A DNA stretch of 54,453 nt from Candidatus Ozemobacteraceae bacterium (lineage in GTDB: Bacteria; Muiribacteriota; Ozemobacteria; Ozemobacterales; Ozemobacteraceae): contig CALLCO010000232.1 of assembly GCA_937998695.1 (NCBI GenBank), positions 1 through 54,453 on the forward strand, in the 5' to 3' direction. Shown here piece by piece: positions 51,703-54,453 of the stretch (within the stretch, counting starts at the first letter, position 1; each line of letters opens with the position of its first letter). Under the pieces are notes generated by a model, which was not told the origin of the DNA, searched no databases, and was given only the letters and a program-made list of their open reading frames with translations. A program made the translations under genes and the position numbers.

Positions 51703-54447
51703 ATGTCCGCAGGAGTTGGTCGTTCAGCCTTGGAATTTCATCGCCAGACAGAGGGCCCGTCCGCCAGCATCATCGCCATCGACGGTCCCGCCGGAGCCGG
51801 AAAGAGTACCGTTGCCAAGAAGGTAGCCGAGAAGCTGGGTTTCTCCTACCTCGACACCGGCGCCATGTACCGTGCCGTCACCCTGAAGGCCTTGCGCGAG
51901 CGGGTCGATTTCCACGACCAAAGCCAGTTGCATGCCTGCGCCGCTTCTTCCAAGCTGCGGTTCGAGGAACGCCAGGGATCGGCCCTGCCGAGCGTGTTTC
52001 TGAACGGCACCGACGTCACCGAGGCGATCCGCGACCCCGAGGTCACCCGGCATGTCTCCGACGTGGCCAAGGATGCCAAGGTGCGGGAGTGCATGACCCG
52101 GCTGCAGCAGCAGATCGGGGCGCACGGCCGCTGGGTGGTCGATGGTCGCGACATCGGCACGGTCGTTTTCCCCGCGGCGCAGGTCAAGATCTTCCTGAGC
52201 GCCTCGATCCGGGAACGGGCCGTGCGACGGCTGAAGGAACTGCGGGCCAAGGGGTTTTCTGGCAGCGTCGAATCGCTGATGGAGGAGATCGCCCGCCGCG
52301 ACCAGATCGACTCGACGCGCGAGGTCGCCCCCCTGCGCCAGGCCGAAGGGGCCCACTTTTTGGATACCACGGATCTGACCATCGAACAGGTGGTCGACCG
52401 TATCATCGAAATCGCAACAGCCAAGGCTGCCAATATCCGGATGGAGGAACGTATGGAAGACGTCGTCAAACCCGCCAACACCCCAGTGAAAGATGAATCA
52501 CAGATGACGATGGAGGACCTCGAGAGAGAAATGAGCGGGGAGTTCCGTACGATCCGGAACGGTGCCATCGTCACCGGCACGATCATCGACATGTCCCCCA
52601 CAGGGATCTTCGTCGATCTCGGCTACAAGACGGATGGCGTGATCCCGGTCGAAGAGTTCGACGGGGAGATGGTGAAGTCGTTGAAGGTCGGCGACAAGAT
52701 CCGCGTCTACGTGAAGAGCGTCGACGACGGCCGCGGTCAGCTGACCCTGTCGCACCGCCGGGCCCGCGAACTCGACGCCTGGGACCAGATCCAGGAGGCG
52801 CACAAGAACCACACGCCGATCGAGGGCATCCTGCGCGAGCGCATCAAGGGCGGCTACAACGTCGACATCGGCGGCGTGCGGGCCTTCCTGCCTCAGAGCC
52901 AGTTGTCGCATGGCAAGAACGTGAAGGAAAGCATCGGCAAGCCGTTCCCGATGGTGGTGACCGAGTTCGACCGCCGCCGCAAGAACGTGGTGGTATCGGA
53001 GCGGGCCGTGGTCGAGGAGATGCGCAACAAGCGGCGCAGCGAGATCTTCGAGAAGTACCAGCCCGGTGACCTGATCAAGGGTGTGGTGTCGCGACTGGTC
53101 GAATACGGCGCCTTCATCGACCTGGGAGACGGCGTAGAAGGGCTGATCCACCGCAACGACCTGAGCTGGTCGGTGATCACCAACCTCCGCGAGGTCGTGC
53201 AGGTCGGCCAGGAGATCGAGGCCAAGATCCTGAAGATCGACCACGAGAAGGGTAAGATCTCGTTGGGTCTCAAGCAGAAGAAGGAAGACCCCTGGGGCAC
53301 GGTCGACCAGCGCTACGAGGTCAATCGCAAGTATCAGGGCAAGGTCAAGAACCTGATGGACTTCGGCGCCTTCGTCGAACTCGAGGAAGGAGTCGAGGGC
53401 CTGGTCCACATCTCCGACCTGTCGTGGGCGCGCAACGTGCGGCACCCGAGCGACATCGTCAAGTCGGGCGAGACGATCACGGTGCTGGTCAAGGAGATCG
53501 ACAAGACCAAGAAGCGCATCTCCCTGTCCTATAAAGAAACCCAACCTCACCCCTGGGAGAACATCGAGCAGAAGTTCAAGATCGGCGATCTGGTCAAGGG
53601 CCGGGTCAACAACCTGACCGATTTCGGCGCCTTCGTCGAGATCGCGGAAGGGATCGAAGGCCTGCTGCACATCTCCGACATGGACTGGGTGAAGAAGGTC
53701 AACCACCCGAAAGAGGTCCTCGAGAAGGGCCAGGAGGTCGAGGTCAAGATCCTCAACATCGACTCGCACAACCGGCGGCTCTCGCTGGGCCTGAAGCAGA
53801 CCACCAGCGACCCCTGGAGCGACCTCGACAAGCAGTTCAAGATCGGCGACGTGCTGACCGGCGTGGTGAAGAACCTCGTCAGCTACGGGGCCTTCGTCCA
53901 GCTCGAGAACGGCCTGGAAGGCCTGCTGCACATCTCCGAGTTCAGCTGGCAGAACGACGTTAAAGACCCGGCCGAAGTGCTGAAGGTCGGTGACCAGGTC
54001 ACGGTCGCCGTCTACGAGCTCGACAAGCACAAGCAAAAGATCGGCCTGTCGCTGCGGCGCGTCGGCGAAGATCCCTGGAAGGGCATCGAGAAGCGCTTCC
54101 CGGTCAATTCCCTGCAGCAGGGCAAGATCGTACAGATCGAGAACAGCGGCGCCGAAGTCGAACTGGCCGAGAACGTCCGCGGCTTCATCCACGTCTCCCA
54201 GATCGCCCAGGTGCGGGTACAGCACCCGAGCGAGGCGGTGAAGGAGGGCGACGTGGTGACGGTCAAGGTCCTCGAGATCGACCGCAAGAACCGCAAGCTG
54301 AAGCTCTCGATCAAGGAAGCGGTCCTCGACAGCGAACAGCGCGAACTGAAGAAGTTCCAGCAACAGTCCAACGAAGGGTTCTCCGACACGATCGGCGACC
54401 TGATGCGGGACAAGCTGGCCGCCCTGAAGGAACAGTTGAAAGACTGA
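51703..54447 (+). CDS. cmk-rpsA: Cytidylate kinase fused in frame to 30S ribosomal protein S1
   Basis: IAIDGPAGAGKST, LDTGAMYRA, DGRDIGTVV, RRDQIDSTREVAPL, then no stop into repeated S1 domains (FGAFVEL..G.EGL.HIS). Start 51703 or TTG 51730; internal SD plus ATG at 52453. Confidence 0.93.
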   Translation: MSAGVGRSALEFHRQTEGPSASIIAIDGPAGAGKSTVAKKVAEKLGFSYLDTGAMYRAVTLKALRERVDFHDQSQLHACAASSKLRFEERQGSALPSVFLNGTDVTEAIRDPEVTRHVSDVAKDAKVRECMTRLQQQIGAHGRWVVDGRDIGTVVFPAAQVKIFLSASIRERAVRRLKELRAKGFSGSVESLMEEIARRDQIDSTREVAPLRQAEGAHFLDTTDLTIEQVVDRIIEIATAKAANIRMEERMEDVVKPANTPVKDESQMTMEDLEREMSGEFRTIRNGAIVTGTIIDMSPTGIFVDLGYKTDGVIPVEEFDGEMVKSLKVGDKIRVYVKSVDDGRGQLTLSHRRARELDAWDQIQEAHKNHTPIEGILRERIKGGYNVDIGGVRAFLPQSQLSHGKNVKESIGKPFPMVVTEFDRRRKNVVVSERAVVEEMRNKRRSEIFEKYQPGDLIKGVVSRLVEYGAFIDLGDGVEGLIHRNDLSWSVITNLREVVQVGQEIEAKILKIDHEKGKISLGLKQKKEDPWGTVDQRYEVNRKYQGKVKNLMDFGAFVELEEGVEGLVHISDLSWARNVRHPSDIVKSGETITVLVKEIDKTKKRISLSYKETQPHPWENIEQKFKIGDLVKGRVNNLTDFGAFVEIAEGIEGLLHISDMDWVKKVNHPKEVLEKGQEVEVKILNIDSHNRRLSLGLKQTTSDPWSDLDKQFKIGDVLTGVVKNLVSYGAFVQLENGLEGLLHISEFSWQNDVKDPAEVLKVGDQVTVAVYELDKHKQKIGLSLRRVGEDPWKGIEKRFPVNSLQQGKIVQIENSGAEVELAENVRGFIHVSQIAQVRVQHPSEAVKEGDVVTVKVLEIDRKNRKLKLSIKEAVLDSEQRELKKFQQQSNEGFSDTIGDLMRDKLAALKEQLKD

Positions 54448-54453
54448 GCCCTC

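Overview
High-GC bacterial chromosomal window with about 38 protein genes, two tRNAs and no integrase, transposase or CRISPR array. TGA is a normal stop here (many ATGA/TGATG gene overlaps). Housekeeping genes: tRNA-Gln(CTG), tRNA-Glu(CTC), mfd, nagA, fprA, dnaJ, hppA, a cysteine desulfidase, aroA and a cmk-rpsA fusion. Most notable observations: (1) a 10 kb minus-strand envelope cluster, floA / beta-propeller / TPR / 926-aa secreted protein / beta-propeller / beta-propeller-cytochrome c / TerB-J-domain co-chaperone; (2) a 48-bp in-frame tandem repeat that copies a gene's 3' end through its TGA, diverges almost only at synonymous positions, and would read U-K-P-C if UGA were decoded; (3) an orphan PhnD-like binding protein coupled to a HAMP/HEAT class III cyclase that has lost its catalytic aspartates; (4) a degenerate GGDEF / CoxS / CoxM / GH57 operon with no molybdopterin subunit; (5) a membrane pyrophosphatase with a long acidic repeat tail. 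All family calls come from reading motifs by eye, not from database searches. Several start codons were revised from the ORF track using RBS and overlap evidence. Taxonomy cannot be fixed from this window alone.
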